A DNA stretch of 62,309 bases, counting the filler, from Sphacelaria rigidula (lineage: Eukaryota), in assembly GCA_964200075.2 (NCBI GenBank). It is 6 parts of 6 records of this genome, joined end to end, with 100 filler letters (N's around TTAATTAATTAA, not from the genome) between each part and the next. Parts side by side here need not be neighbours in the genome. Positions count along the whole stretch, not along the records: positions 1 to 10,302 come from CAXNAA020006755.1; positions 10,403 to 20,704 come from CAXNAA020006756.1; 4 more parts are not named here. The stretch is one strand, 5' to 3'. Below, in pieces: positions 1-13,900 of this stretch. Position 1 is the first letter of the stretch. Every line of letters starts with the position of its first letter. The notes below the pieces were generated by a model. It was not told where the DNA came from. It saw nothing but the letters and a program-made list of their open reading frames with translations, and did no database searches. A program made the position numbers and the translations under genes.

Positions 1-1522
1 GGTGTACCAAGACAAGAACCTTATGACATAACGACACCCCTCATCGGGAGAGTTCACCCCCCACCCCCCACGTCTCTAGATCGTCGTCATTGCCGTGCTA
101 TTTGGGTTTCGTAGGGTGGGGAAAAAATACAAGACGGTGTGAGCATTCAGTATCATAGTGCGGATAAGTGTCTAGAATTCACCGCCATTTGTAGGGAAAA
201 AATAAAAATAGAGAGGACACCACCACTTGCGTAAGGAACAGGCAGGCGGCAAGTCAGGAAGTGTATGTCTTGTAATACCGTTAGCCGTTAGCCGTTTGGC
301 TGCCAGCGCGGCTCATCTATTGAATCGGCATCATATTCACCAGGAAAACCAGTCCAAGACCTATATGATTACTCGTGGCGGTCAAACAACTGAGCTCTCT
401 GATAGGGTGGGTCATCTATTGAATCGTTCCCTATTTTGGGTTGAAACAAAAAATTCCAAGAGCCTGAGGACCCACCCCCGGCGGTCGAACGGTTGAAGTA
501 CGAACGGCCACACAGCAAAAATGACACCATTTGAAAGGCACAGGGACGATAACAAAGAGGCGCATGTGTCCCATATTCAGTTAATCTAAAATGGTTTGAC
601 ACACTTCCCTCTGGTCGAAGGCGGTAGCGCTAACGCTGACCCCAACCTCAACCCTAACCCAACCCGAGGCAGACCAAGGAATCTCGGGAAGAGGGAGCAC
701 AACAGGTACCCTAGGCGGAGTGCGCTTTTAAATATTCGCTCAAATCGCCGCCTTCAAACGCGCATGCTCCGCATGGTGCGGAGTGCTCGGGAATGTAAGC
801 CCCCAAAAGATCCGAATGTAACGGTCTACAGGTCTACACCAAAACTACACAGTGGTCGCACAGGCGGATTTGAGGCAAAACTTACGTTTGCGCACGCTGC
901 ACACACACCCTAGGCAAGGGCTTGGGATCGTGAGCCGTTCGTAGATTCAAAAGCAGTGATGGCGGTCAGATTTCGGTGCCAGAATCGGGGCAGACCCCGC
1001 TGGAATATACACAATATAAATATCCCTCTGCAGCAAGAGCTGGATTGAAGTTGAAGACCTATTTTCCCTACTATTGTGGTGAAAGATGGCGAACAGTATC
1101 CAAGGGTGCGCTCGGTGGTGCACCCGGGTGTACATACACTATTTCCGGATGGCCACGTCCATGCCATGCATCGAGACTTGGCATACTGCTCGAGTCGATT
1201 GGATATGCAAGAGAGCTGATTTCTAACCATCGATCGGTAGGCGTGAAGAATCATGGGTTGCAAGGATGGAGGACATGCCATCATGGCAACATGGCAAGAA
1301 AAAACACACGAGAACTGTCGAGCAAGTCGATTGGACGATGTCGTCGAAAAAACAAACAAACGATACTGTACCAATCTCCGGAACAATTCACACCCGTAGC
1401 ATTTCCTCAAAACATGTGACCTGGACAAAAACACCCAGCAGAAGGTGCAGTACAGTGTACCCTATTACGACGTCATTCACGTCACCGTTGCCTCTCTGCA
1501 TCTTATTTTCACTGGATTGGAA

Positions 1523-1781
1523 AAGGGTCGGACAAATGATGATTCGTCTGGAAATTACTTGGTTTTAGTGTAATTGATTCGACCCATGACGAATCAATCC
1601 ATGGGGTTTATATCATCAGCGTTGAAATCCAGGTACACGCAGCCCAGACACGTGGAATGGCGCAAAAGTTGCGCGGATACCCCTTGGACCAGCGGTCAAC
1701 TTCTTTCTCCCTTTTGGGCGATCAGGCCGAAGAAATCGTGAATTTGGTGATCTTGAGTCGTGATGTTTTGTACTAACCGTG
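1523..1781. mobile_element. Copy of the 9877-10134 MITE family
   Basis: Colinear similarity over about 260 bp (ggaaattacttggttttagtg, ccaggtacacgcagcccagacacgtgga). Confidence 0.8.
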
Positions 1782-2900
1782 AAATCTTTTCTCCCACCTA
1801 AGGCAGGTTACCGCGTACACTGAGTCGATGCTGTGATTTACAGCATGCAGATAGGTCGATGGTCTCGGAGGGAATCAGGCTCACAATACCCCTCCCCCCC
1901 CATTCTTCTCTTCGATGTTGGTCGCTCGTGGGGAATGATCCTCGTGGATGTTGCACAGGAGACAAATATCACGTGACCCCACCAAAGTCAATTACATACT
2001 CTCAACAGATACCCCCCGCTCAGACGCTTGCCAGTGATGAATTTTGTCGGCAGCGCTGCGAAGGTGCGGGATCACAACTGTACTTGCATGCCATGTGGGA
2101 ACACCTATTTGCGTGAACCGGAGTCATTTCGATTTTGAGTACCGTTCAACAGAAGCCATTTTCCATTATTCCTTATCCATGTTAATGCGCCTAATGAGAT
2201 GGCATGCCTCAACAGGTAGACGCGCTGTGAGCTTTATACCTTGAACGGCGAGAGTGGTCCATCTGTTGAATCGGCATGGATCCAGATCCGCGCGGTCGAG
2301 GGGTTGAGGTTTGCCTGAAAATCAGAACAATAACTCCAAACCGGTTCTTCCGCCACGTCATAATTACTATTTTCAATACACCAAGCTATTTCTGCTGATT
2401 TTATATTTCTTGGTTTACTGTTCAATTTCAAACTCATGCAACTTATACTTTATTTGTTAGACTTTGAATCCGCCCCCTTTTTCGTGACGAGTCCGCGGTA
2501 TTAATATATCATTTCATCTCTCCACGGTACAAGGCTTTGCAGTTTGGTCTCGCGCATTAGGTCAGCACTCGCGCACCGCGTCAGTTCTATTAGTCAAACA
2601 TATTCAACCAACCATTTTTGTTTACTCATGTACTCAGCTCTCCCGCACCGCATCAAGTCTCGTCCAAGGAATTTCATCAACTGCTTTTTGTTTACTCACA
2701 TACACCCACCCCCTTTCGGCGATGGAGAACACAAACTTCGAAAAAAAAACGCAACACATCTTGCCGGAATCGAACACAGGTTTCCTTCACCCTCTTGGCG
2801 ACGGTGGAAATATTAGAACTCCTGCGTGTGGTAGCGGTATTCTCCAATACAACACCGTGCGCTACACTGCAGTAAAGTACAGCACAATTTAGTACAGTTT

Positions 2901-3104
2901 CAAGGGCGGTCGAGTAGAGTATACTCGATTGCGGGGTATTTTGAATGTCCTACTTAAAGTACACATATTGGGGGTAGGGTTTAAGGGATCGCTTTCCAGC
3001 TACTTCTTTGGTACTACTTTCAACACTCTACCCTAATTTGAGTACCTCAAGTACGTCTTTCAAAATACCCCGCAATTGAGTATACTCTACTCGACCTGCC
3101 CTTG
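2901..3104. mobile_element. hAT-type MITE
   Basis: About 45-bp TIR caagggc(a)ggtcgagtagagtatactc...ggggtattttgaa. Perfect 8-bp TSD tacagttt. Confidence 0.9.
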
Positions 3105-3139
3105 TACAGTTTGTTCTCAGTTCGGCTGCGAAAACCTAC

Positions 3140-3519
3140 GAGTGTGTGTGTTGTGTTGTCATCCCATCTATTCTAGACACCAGTCTACACCTTTCGGTAT
3201 ATTTATGTGGGCGCATGCATCAGCCGGGATCACACAGGATGAAGGCCAACATAGGAGCTTCCTCTTCTTGTTTTGACCTAATACTGTATTCCACCTTCAC
3301 CATACTTCTGCGGCGATTGCCTTCGTTTTTTTTCGTGAGCGGCGTTCACCTGTCCCGTTCCCTCGTCGACCGCAAAGTCGAATTTTGTGTACCCACGACT
3401 TTCCAGTTGGGTATAATTTGAGAATAAAACCCAATCGTATGACTTCACCGAGATTCGAACTCACAACCCAACAGTCACAAGGTTTCGATGTTACCAACTA
3501 AGCCACAGGAGCGACCGGG
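3140..3519 (-). mobile_element. tRNA-derived SINE, family 1
   Basis: Minus-strand head with A box TGGCTTAGTTGG and B box GTTCGAATC, a conserved body (gtctacacctttcggtatat...cacacagga) and a CAACA-type tail. Confidence 0.8.
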
Positions 3520-3806
3520 CAACAGGTTACTTACGAAAAAAAACGTCGTACTTACAAGAGTTTGCCCGAACGCCGATGAGAAAATTAGATGGTTGAATCC
3601 AGTCTGTTGTTTTGTCAAATCATGACCTCAACTCCATGACCACCCGGGTAGGTCATCGGTATCCAACACTATATTTTGAGGCGGAGATGAATCCAGTTTA
3701 GCAGATGACCTCCCCTGGCCGTCAATGGATTCAACCCTTACCCCAACGGCGAAGGAAAGGAAGGATGATAATTTGCTCGAACCCGGCGAGAAAATATTGT
3801 GATTGA

Positions 3807-3840
<34 letters not shown>

Positions 3841-6800
3841 TTGTCGAACCAGACAGGCGGAGAAAGCGGTTTTTTGGGGGTTTTGGAACATTTTCACGTT
3901 CCCTGTTCTAGTATGGATCATCGAGCTCGGATGATGAGTAGAGGGTTCACGGCCCCAAGTGCCGGCTAAGAGGCCAGGGGTATGCGCAGCGTGCGGAGGA
4001 CGGGTTTTGGCTTAAATCCGCCTCCCCCGTTGTGCTGTAATAGAGCTGCTGGTCGTATTACGTACTGTCCTGTCCACAATATGAACAGTTGACGTTTTCC
4101 CATCAGTAAATGGCATAGCCGTGCGAGAACAATCCGCTCCCAACTACAGACAGTACAACCGTACAGTCCACACAGCCTTTTTTCACGCTGCCCTCCCTGC
4201 AGTTCAACAGCGCAGCGAGCAGTGCAATATATGAAGAAGAAAAAAAAGCTGGTCGTGGTGTTGCTGCTGCGGGCCATTCTGTCTGCGTTGTCCGTACTAG
4301 GGTAATTTTCGGTGCGTTTTCGATCCATGAACGGTACAACGGTTCCGTGAATATCCTCTCGACTATGTAAAATCCACACCGATTGTGCCCGTAGGAGTTC
4401 TCATGTACGGTGAATGTGTTGAATCAGATTGGCCAACCAAAGGAGGGCACCCCGGCACCCCACGATAGCGCACCTGTTCTGGTATCATCCCCGATCAGAT
4501 GTTGCAACCATGAGGAACGGGCAAATTGGCGGGCAATCTGTACTGTATGTGTTGGTAATATATAAGGTTGAGTTTGTTGGGGGGATCTCGGATCTGGGGA
4601 AGGTGAAGGGGGTACAGTACAGAACAACAGGGGGGGCTCAAACCATGTGGTAAACACTACATTATGGTTGCTTCCGACGAGAGGAACGGCAACTCATTAC
4701 TTTTGAGTCATCTGCCTATGAATGGGACTCATTTGTCGAGTGAAAATGATGCCGATTCACATGAGGATGCTTTGTAGGAGCTTGACAGGCGGTCAGATTG
4801 TGGGTATAATAATGATAATAATAAAAGTTCCTGTTGTTTTGAGTCATTTATTATTCTGCCGCTCTCGGCTGTCACGCGCTGATCGGAGACCTACCGCACT
4901 CTAATCGCAGCATACAAGACATATCAGGGTGCAATACTAAGGACATGTATATTTCACGTCTTGTCCACTGCAAAACCCAAAGCCCGCGTCGTTACCGTTT
5001 CGGCGATGTATCGCTATCTTGTACGGGTATGTGCTGTGCGCTGCTGTGAGTAGGGTTTTCTGAGAGGCCAGACAGCGGCACAATAAGAGGTAAAAAAGCA
5101 ACCATCGAACGACTTGGCACATGGAGATTTGGCATACCCAAGTTCGTGAATATCATCCATGAATCACATTCTTTCGGATGGGTGATTCCCGGCCGTATCC
5201 CTGACCGATCCTACACGGACCGACAGCCCTCGCACAAGGGGGATGCAAGTGCCGAGGATAGGGTGTACATTGAGCAGAAACGAGTCCAGCGCTTGGGACT
5301 GTTGGTTCTTCAAGGATTGGCCTCTCAGGGTCCGCATCCAACAAAGGTGAACGAGAGAAGATTCACAGCGAAATAGCGGAAGTCTACTTCCCAGAAAAGA
5401 ACTGATGATGTGGGAACCAGAACGGCAACAACAACCGACTCTGCTACACACTGGACGATATTTTCACCAGTACTACACCCTCCATCCCCGGCGCAGCATG
5501 ACGCGTGTGGGTGATTTCTCTAATGCGGTTAGTACAAAACGGGCGCGCAACGAACACAAGGATGATCATAACCTTTTGACAGACACTGTAGTCCAAAAAC
5601 GCCGTCGACACCATCCTCAGGACAGGACACTCGACAGAAGTGCAAGTATGACGGACAGTGACAGGATAAACATCATGCATATCTCCCGAAGAAAACTGAG
5701 AGACGGGGACTTGTGATCGACATGAAACAAACATAACCACTATACGCGACTCGACTTTCGCTTCATCAATCACGGCAGCGCCAGCCCATACACAAACGCT
5801 CCACGCGCACCCATGCCCCTCAGGAAAGGCTACACAAGAACGATTCAGTATAGTTGTATACAGTAGCTATACAGTACATACATTTTGCTAGCGACCGCAG
5901 GAAAACACGAAATTCTACACTACCGTGCTGTCTTTCAATGATGCTCTTGTTCACCTACCGTCCGCAACAAAAATTCCATTCGGGAGCAGGTTCCATGGAA
6001 CCCGCGAGGTTTCATCATGTCTACCGGCGATGATGATGTTACCACAATACATGCGCATAATTGCCCCTTGCCCATGCTCGCTCTACACATGTCAAGCTAC
6101 CTTTGTTCGTTTCCATTGTGTCTATGAGAGAGCGAACATGTCGAGGTATTGCACATCCATAGGCACGGGTAGAAGGGGTACAGAAACGGTATATGTCTAC
6201 ACGCAAATATATATAGAAAGAGAGAGAGAGAGAGAGAGACCAAACCAGACAGACGCCAAGCTGACTGAACGCTTCACACGAATAAAAACTACAAATATTT
6301 CTATTTGTTCTCCCGTTGCCCTAGCACACACACGACACGCGCTCGAAACATACCTTGACGAAGCGGAAGCGGCCGTCAGGAGACGTCTCCACCATCGCGT
6401 TAGTCACTCCTAGTCACCTGACTTTTAACTTTCCAGTTTGTACTGCTTTGTATCGTCTTCCCTCTCCTTCCGGGTGTAACTATGTATTTTTGTTGTAGTG
6501 CGTGGGTAACCCGCTCTCACTTGGCAAAATGATAAGGGGCATGCAGTCACGCGGTCAACGGATTTAATTAATGTCATTCAGACACGTCATGGACCAAACT
6601 TCGTGTGAACCGGCACAAAACCTTCCGACTTTTGCCTTCTGCCCAACGGCAATCCGTCGAGATGGTGACAAGAACCGTCGACGCACCGCAGTTCACAGTG
6701 TGGCTAGGCGCAGCGATGTCCTAAGGTGAACGATGAGATCCTAATTGGTGGTCACTGGTGCTTGTCATGTTTTTGAAAGAATAGTGCTGATTTGCGGAGG

Positions 6801-7939
6801 CTGCTGGTTTCATTAATTGTGGGATACTCGTATCACCACGTCCGGTTTCACTCCTTGATCAGCGCTCCAACGCTGACAGTACCGAGAGTACAGCACAGCA
6901 CAGTACATCTCCCGTGTAGCACTACAGGCGAGTGATGCCACGACAGCCCCTCTACCAAACCAACCCTGAACCTGTCCCGAAGAAAATGGACATATAGCGC
7001 ATGATTATTGGCTTCAGACTACAAGCCCCTCATATGGGCGTCACTGGCGAAAACAATCCCAAACATGGGAGTTCCCAGCTGCTCGGTGAGCTCGGCTTTG
7101 GTCATTTTGATTCTTGGTTGAAGATTTTGCCTCCTCATTAAAACCAGGATTTTTCTGATGGGGGCTATCGCGGCATCATTTTGGCAGGCAAATAGTAGAA
7201 TACTCGGCAGCAGCAGCAACAGTACTGGTGGCGTGTTTGTCATGGCAGGAAAACAAGCGAACGGGCACCATAAAAGGGCGTGTTTGTCGTCTTGCGCCAG
7301 CCATATATATGGTCCGTTGCTGTGTCTGGACATCTCACCCGACCGGTAACGCTGCTGTCGCGTGGGCGGGCCATCCGCACGTTCATCATTGAGCGCGAGC
7401 AGTCTGGGGACGTGATGTCAAAATTGAGGATCCTCAACGTCAGCGAGTGATATCCGTACGCACTCGGTGGCGCTTGCTGTATTGAATGTCGAAGTCATCA
7501 TTTTTTGGATGTGTACGAGCTGGGCCGGCCATCAGTGACTTTGAAACGAAGAGTGGAGATGCTTTTGGCAATTCGAAGAGATAGGCGCTGAAATTTTGAC
7601 ACGACATTTTTATCATCAATCTGCGCACCCCTGTGAGGGGACGAAAAAATAACAATATAAAACGGAAATTAGAGCAAGTTGAAGTTTCAGCAAAAACAGA
7701 AAAAATGCTACGAGTATAACTTCCTCAAAGATGAATAAAAACGATGACAACGCTGCGGCACATACGAGCACTCGCGTCAACCGCATCCTTGTAAATTTTC
7801 AGCCAAAAACACGTGAGATTGGGGTTCGCGTGGCACTTTTTGTGTGACCCCGGTGGTCAAACTGATACAACAGCCTCAAATGACACAGGTCACGAGTTCG
7901 AATCCCGACACGACAAAAACGTTTTTGTGTTCACACTAA

Positions 7940-8410
7940 GGCCGCTTCTTAAAGACTGAAAAAAAATATCTCCTACAACTGCCCTTTTGAACCTTTCATC
8001 CCGGATTATTGGCGGAATACGGGCCTCGGCGGATTCGGCCTCCTCGGAAAGATTTTCTATTTTTTTCACGAGGATTCCAGCAAGCGTGTCTGATCTTTCG
8101 TACTCCCAATTTTACTCTTGGCCGGATTCTGGATTTTTTCAGTCCCAGCGAAAATCGTCCAGTTGTAGGGGGAAACACGTACTTTTCCCCGACAACTCGA
8201 AGTTTTTTTGGGTGTCTGAAAAAATCCAGAATCCGGCCAAGAGTAAAGTGGGAGTACGAAGGATCGGACAAGCGCGCTGTCATCCTCGTGAAAAATATAG
8301 CAAACCTTTCCGAGGAAGTCATATCCGCCCGTATTCCGCCAATAATTCGTGATGAAAGGTTCAAAAGGGCAGTTCACAGAGATTTTTTTTTCAGACTATA
8401 TAAAGCGGCC
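7940..8410. mobile_element. PIF/Harbinger (Tourist-like) palindromic MITE
   Basis: ggccgctt...aagcggcc termini with TAA TSD on both sides. Nearly the whole element is an imperfect palindrome. Confidence 0.88.
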
Positions 8411-9876
8411 TAATCGTGCATACTCTCTCGTACCTCTGGGTTGCAAAGGGTGTCGATGTTTTGGTGATGGTCCTACTCTTGGGGGGGGGTATAGCGCAGC
8501 TTAAAGTAGTACGTCTCCCTCGTGCGGTGATATACGACAGTCGGCTCGGAAGTTCTCTCCCATTATGGAGCTCATGACGAGCTTGATGCCATCTTGCAGC
8601 ACGACCAGTGTGCTCTTGCCTGGGCATGTCAAGTGTGCGTGTGCCTGTGCCTATGCGGCGCAACGGTCTATCGTAATTCCACCGCATTTTGTGAAACGAA
8701 ACGTCTCCAGACACGCTATCGCACAAATAATTGGGACGTACTCGGTATTCAATGCAGTACAATAACATCATCACCAAAAGTGCACCAATCCAGCAGCGGC
8801 GGTGCCTTATGTTACCAGGTTAGTCTGCAGTTCACAGCGATATGCTCAGGTCGTGCTGATTTGGGAAACTCGAAGAGTTGTGGTGACGACAGAGAATGCT
8901 GGGTTTACTGCCGGCCCAGCTCGTACTCGTATTTAATCCGAAAAAACTGGACAAATTGCCTACATTACGTACTCGGAAACCCGGGGACAACCTCGCTCAT
9001 GGATTCTCATCCGCAGTACTATATCAAGTAGCCTGCTAGCCGCACCTCGGTGGTCTGATGGTCCAACTGACAACGCTAGGGTGGAGATAACACGGGTCCG
9101 ACTCGAATCAAACGCGTTCGGGCTTCTCTTGCGCAGTATCTGATTTCCGACGTTGAAAGCGTGAGGACGTTAGTAGCGAAGAAGAATCTGATTACAGTAA
9201 CCCTTTGACGGCGACAGGAGGTCATCCGTTGAATCGGCATCAATTTCACGTGGAAAGGGTATGCACGATCCAGATGGACTGCCCTCGCAGTCTCAAGGGC
9301 AAAGTTGACGAGAGTTGACGCCGTGCGGGAGAGCTGATCCAATCCGCGAGATAAAAATGCAAGGCATGAACCGGGGAGAGATGGGTTGATCCTTTGAAAC
9401 GCAGGACTCATCCCGAGGAAGGAGGGGAGTTGGAAGTGTGACAGAAAGGAGGAGGAGGAAGAAGAAAGTTATCTTGAACCATAAGAAATGTGATCAATAA
9501 CCACAAACGGCACGAAATACAAATCACTTTGAACACGAGGCTTAATTATTGAACGGAAAAATGACACGAAACAAGACAGCCTAACTGGTATTGCACAGCG
9601 TGCACATGGTGCCATAACCCTTAGACCGCGGTGCGGGTAGTCTATCTAGATTATTCATACTTTTTTTCAAGTGAGGGTTGGTGCTGAATCAGTAGGTGAC
9701 CTACCCTCGTGGTCAAACGGTTCATGTGCACGAGACTCGAAACCATCAATGAATGGTAGCGTATCTGCATATTGCCCGCGCACGCTTGAACTTGCCCCCA
9801 ATGTCTTATCATGTCATCCCATTTTCTGTACGGTACTGTATGCGACGCCATAGTCACCTCGTCCGGTAAAATATTA

Positions 9877-10134
9877 TAAGGGTCGGACGAATTAATGATT
9901 CTTCTGGAAATTACTTGATTTTAGTGCGATTGATTCGTACCGTACGAATCAATCCTTAGGCTTTGTTTTCAGTATTCAAACCCAGGTACGCGCTGCCCAG
10001 GCACGTGGAGTGGCACAGAAATTGCATGGAGACCTTTTTGACCAGCTGTCAACTTTTTTCTCTCTTTCGAGCAACCAGGCCTGAAAAATCGTGGATTTGG
10101 TGATTCGAAGCGGCGATGATTCGTTCGACCCGTG
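9877..10134. mobile_element. hAT-type MITE, dispersed family
   Basis: TIR taagggtcggacgaat / attcgttcgacccgtg with 8-bp TSD aaatatta. Confidence 0.85.
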
Positions 10135-10236
10135 AAATATTATTTGTGGGGGACCTATGCTCTCTGCTCCTCTTTACTTCCCCTCCCCTTGCAGGATAAG
10201 GGTCAAGTACGAGAGGAGTGAAACGAACCAAGGTTC

Positions 10237-10295
<59 letters not shown>

Positions 10296-10302
10296 ACCCC
10301 AC

Positions 10303-10402
10303 NNNNNNNNNNNNNNNNNNNNNNNNNNNNNNNNNNNNNNNNNNNNTTAATTAATTAANNNNNNNNNNNNNNNNNNNNNNNNNNNNNNNNNNNNNNNNNN
10401 NN
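10303..10402. other. Artificial scaffold gap/linker
   Basis: N44-TTAATTAATTAA-N44. Confidence 0.98.
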
Positions 10403-10967
10403 ATGAGTACGCCCCCCCCCACAACGATGGTCTGATGACTATGGCATGCATGATCATGAGTACACCCCCCCGCAACGACATTACTTTCGCGTCTTTCCTG
10501 CTGGGGTCTTGACCGCAACCCACGCGAACCTTCTCGTGCTTGCTCGACAAAAACACACTGGCAAGCTGATCAGTCCACTTTCACTCAATGGGAGCTACTG
10601 ACGTCCCCTTGGGGTGACGTCTTGAGTGTGTGTGGACTGGGGCTACGTAGACAGCAACAGGGCAACAGCAATACCAGGACCAAGGTTGTCAACGAGAAAA
10701 TATGTCATTTCAGTGCTGGTGAGTCAAGGCAAGAAGCGCAACGGTGATTCGGTATCCAGCGAACGTCTAAACCGCTGTTTCATGACAACGCGCGACTATT
10801 CGCTTTCGCAACGGGGAGGAAGAGGATACATGCACACGAAATTTAAGGTAACGAGGTAACGAGCCCGATCTAACCGCGATGCCCCATTCCGCGCCGCTGT
10901 CGATGCCGTTACTATCCGTACGCTCCAACAGCAGGTTTCGGACTTACAACACTCCCTTCTACAGATC

Positions 10968-13900
10968 ATGTCGACCAAACAGACATCAGTTACACCTTCG
11001 ACGGCAACGACCCCTACTTCGGCTTCTCCTCCCGCCGACAAGTGCGCCACTGCGGCACCCTCGGCCGTCGGGAAGGCTGCCCTTTTGTTGTCGACCGCCC
11101 CGCAGCCGCCACAACCGCTGTCTCTTCTGAGACCACCGTGCCTGCGGCAGCACTCACGACCGCTCGCGGCGGCCCGACCGCAACGCCCTCCACGGCCAAC
11201 GATCCCCCGCAGCCGCGACTTTCGGCGGAGTTTTGCCCCACGGGGTACCTCCAGTGCCTCTTTCTAGCGCATGATAGAGTCCGTCAAGACGAGATCATCG
11301 CTCTGTACCGAGCTGCCCCCCCGGGGCCGGCCCTGCCGACCCAGCAGGCGGCCACCCCGGCGGCAACCCCGCCTCCCGCGGCCAAGGATACTGCCGACGA
11401 AACTGCTATCCGCCTTCTTTGGGAGAAATACGCCACGAGAGAAGCACATCTGCAGCGGAACTCCACTACCGCCGCAGCAGCACACTCCGCCGCCCTCCGG
11501 GCCCAAGAACAATATCAATCGGTACTGGCCAACTGGAAGCGGAAGGCTGCCGAGCTCGTGGCCCACATAGAACGTACCGTGGAGCACGCCATGTCGGCGA
11601 AAAAATTGCTTTCGGCACATCAGGCTTCGCGCACACGAGCCACGTCGCTTTACCCTTCTCCGCCCCCACAGCGGACCACCGTGGACACCACGCCAACAGG
11701 CTCAAGATCTTCGCCACTTGCCGGGTATCAAATCCCCCGCGAACAAGATACCGTCTTCCCCCAATGCCGCCCCTGCAGCCACCCCCGATCTTTCTCTCGC
11801 TCCCCACGAGGTCACCTGGCTAGTGCATACGGTTCGGGACTTCTCTGGGAAGTTTTCCATCGAAAACCCCCTGCAGAGCTCGCGGACTGCTTGGGACGCC
11901 ATCCACTACAGCTCTCTCGTCGCGTTAGGTCTCTACATCGATTAGGGCGGGCCACTCCCGCTTAAGAATCCCCATGACCTCACTCTCGCCCAGCTGGTGG
12001 CCCATGCCACCACGGGTCCCAACAGCGGCGCTAGCGTATACAAGAGGGCGGCCCATAACCTTTTACAGGCTCTCCGGAACGTCTTTCAGTCCGGCACTTC
12101 TGCGGACGACGACCACGACGATGACGATGATGGATGGACTCCGGTCACCGCCAACTGCCGCCCGCCTAAAGGCAACTACGATCATGATGATCGTCAGGTT
12201 GGCGGACGAGGCGGCCGCCGTGACGGCTCCGGGTCCAGCGGCGGAGGACGTCGAGGCGCCCACAGCCGGCGGACCAACCGCGCTGCTCAGCACACAAACT
12301 GGACGCGCCCGGGCACGGGCTCGTCGGACAGTTCTTCTCGAAGGCCTCGAAACAGAGACGGATCGTCGACGGACCCCCCTCCTGTGGAGTCCATCAACAT
12401 TAGGCAAGACACCCCTCGTTCAGCTGATGTTTCCCGCGAGATATTAGGTTTGTCTGACACGGGTGATAAAGATCGACCTTCGTCTTCAACCTCGGCCCGC
12501 GCTTTAGCAGCCGCCGCTGTTAGCCAAGCACAGGCTGCAACACGTGAGGCTGCAGCAGCTGCCAAATTTGAAGCTGCTCGCGTGGCTGCCATACAGAGAG
12601 AGTACATACAGATGGATGTCAAGAAACTATGGCATATTAACACCATGCCTGCAGCAGACAATGAGGACTCTGGACAGTTTACGTCGAGTCTTATTCAATC
12701 CATCCGCCGTACTGTACGCAACATTGTATAATTAGCGGATCGCACGGGTGCTCAGCGGTTTGACGATGCTGATTGGGTCGATGGTTGGCAGACACCGTTA
12801 CATAAGGCCCTACACCGCGCCATCTCTCGCCGCTCGCCTGACCGTGCCTCTTCACTCACGCAGATCATCGACGGGTTCATCACAGCGATGGATTCGGACC
12901 GTGCCTCGGGGCGAACTGGCCCAACAATACTCAGTAATTTGGAGCGGCGCTTGACCGGTTACTTTGATCGGAGCAGGCAGGGTAGCTCCATACAACGTTT
13001 AAGCTCGTTTGGTGTAGCCACTAACGTTAGTCCCACCGATTACCTTCGGCAGTTGAAGTTGTTGGTTTCCAGCACCTTGGGAACTGGCCGCCAGAGCGGG
13101 CCTTCCGATTCTATGTGTCAGTCATATGTCCGTACGAGCGTCTCCGAGCAGTTTCCGGCATTGATGACGTCGTTGTTTCCGGGTGCATTAGCACATTGCG
13201 AGGTGCCTTACGCCTCTGTTGATGCAATGTGGACGGCTTTCGTCCACCAAGAAAGCAACGTCACTCCTGCCATTCGGGGTGACAAATATTTGCCTTCGCG
13301 TTCACAGCCTGCCGCTGTCTCCGCCGCGAACACCTACGGGTCTCGCGGACGGAACCCGAGTTCACCTCGTAGTACATGGACCCCCGACTCTGTCGCCGGT
13401 CCAGTAATGATTGTTAAAAGATACAAAGACCCTTTCCGCGCGAGTTTTGGAGGCTGCCCGTACTCTGCCGAGGCATGGGACGATGTTTATTTGACTTCTA
13501 CGACAGTTTTCGACACAGATGACCCCCATTTGTGGAACCCGCTTCTGTCTTATTCGGCTAGACAAGACGCTTTCGGTCGCCAGGTCAACAGCTGTATCAA
13601 TTGCAAAGCACAAGGCCACAGCATGCGCGATTGCACCAAAACATGCATCAACGCATTCGACCTCATGAACCCTGAACTACATGACAATGAACCCGCGTGG
13701 CGCCGATGGCAAAAACGAATGCGCGATTATCGCGCTCCGAGTGGTTATAAGCGCAACCATTCGAATACCCGCGGCAACAATCGCTCTAATCGCACGCGCC
13801 GACAAAACACCAACCATGGTTCTGGCATTCGCCAACAAGATCATACATCTCGCGCCAATCATCGCTCCGCTGATAGACATCAGCGGACGGGACCGACACA

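Noticed and set aside
910..1434. 147-174 aa ORFs on both strands
   Set aside because: No recognisable motifs or supporting splice structure.
2239..2313. Apparent minus-strand exon ANLNPSTARIWIHADSTDGPLSPFK
   Set aside because: It matches the roughly 100-bp TTAA MITE family seen at 9200, 9618 and 48525.
3895..3933. VWIIELG as a candidate methyltransferase motif-I exon
   Set aside because: It is followed by a stop with no donor; the real motif-I exon is 21494-21546.
6354..6395. VETSPDGRF resembles the start of a WNK kinase domain
   Set aside because: No following exon with GxG or other kinase motifs was found.
7848..7912. tRNA-like sequence with GTTCGAATCCC (also 3440-3519, 45637-45715, 46040-46118)
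   Set aside because: No full cloverleaf; most copies are attached to repeat bodies and are best read as SINE heads.
7987..8413. Four overlapping ORFs on both strands with similar peptides
   Set aside because: By-product of the palindromic MITE.
10347..10358. TTAATTAATTAA recurring about every 10.4 kb
   Set aside because: It is always centred in identical N runs, so it is an artificial six-frame-stop linker.
10687..10930. Candidate 5' LTR (TG...CA) upstream of gag
   Set aside because: No second LTR and no clear primer-binding site in the window.
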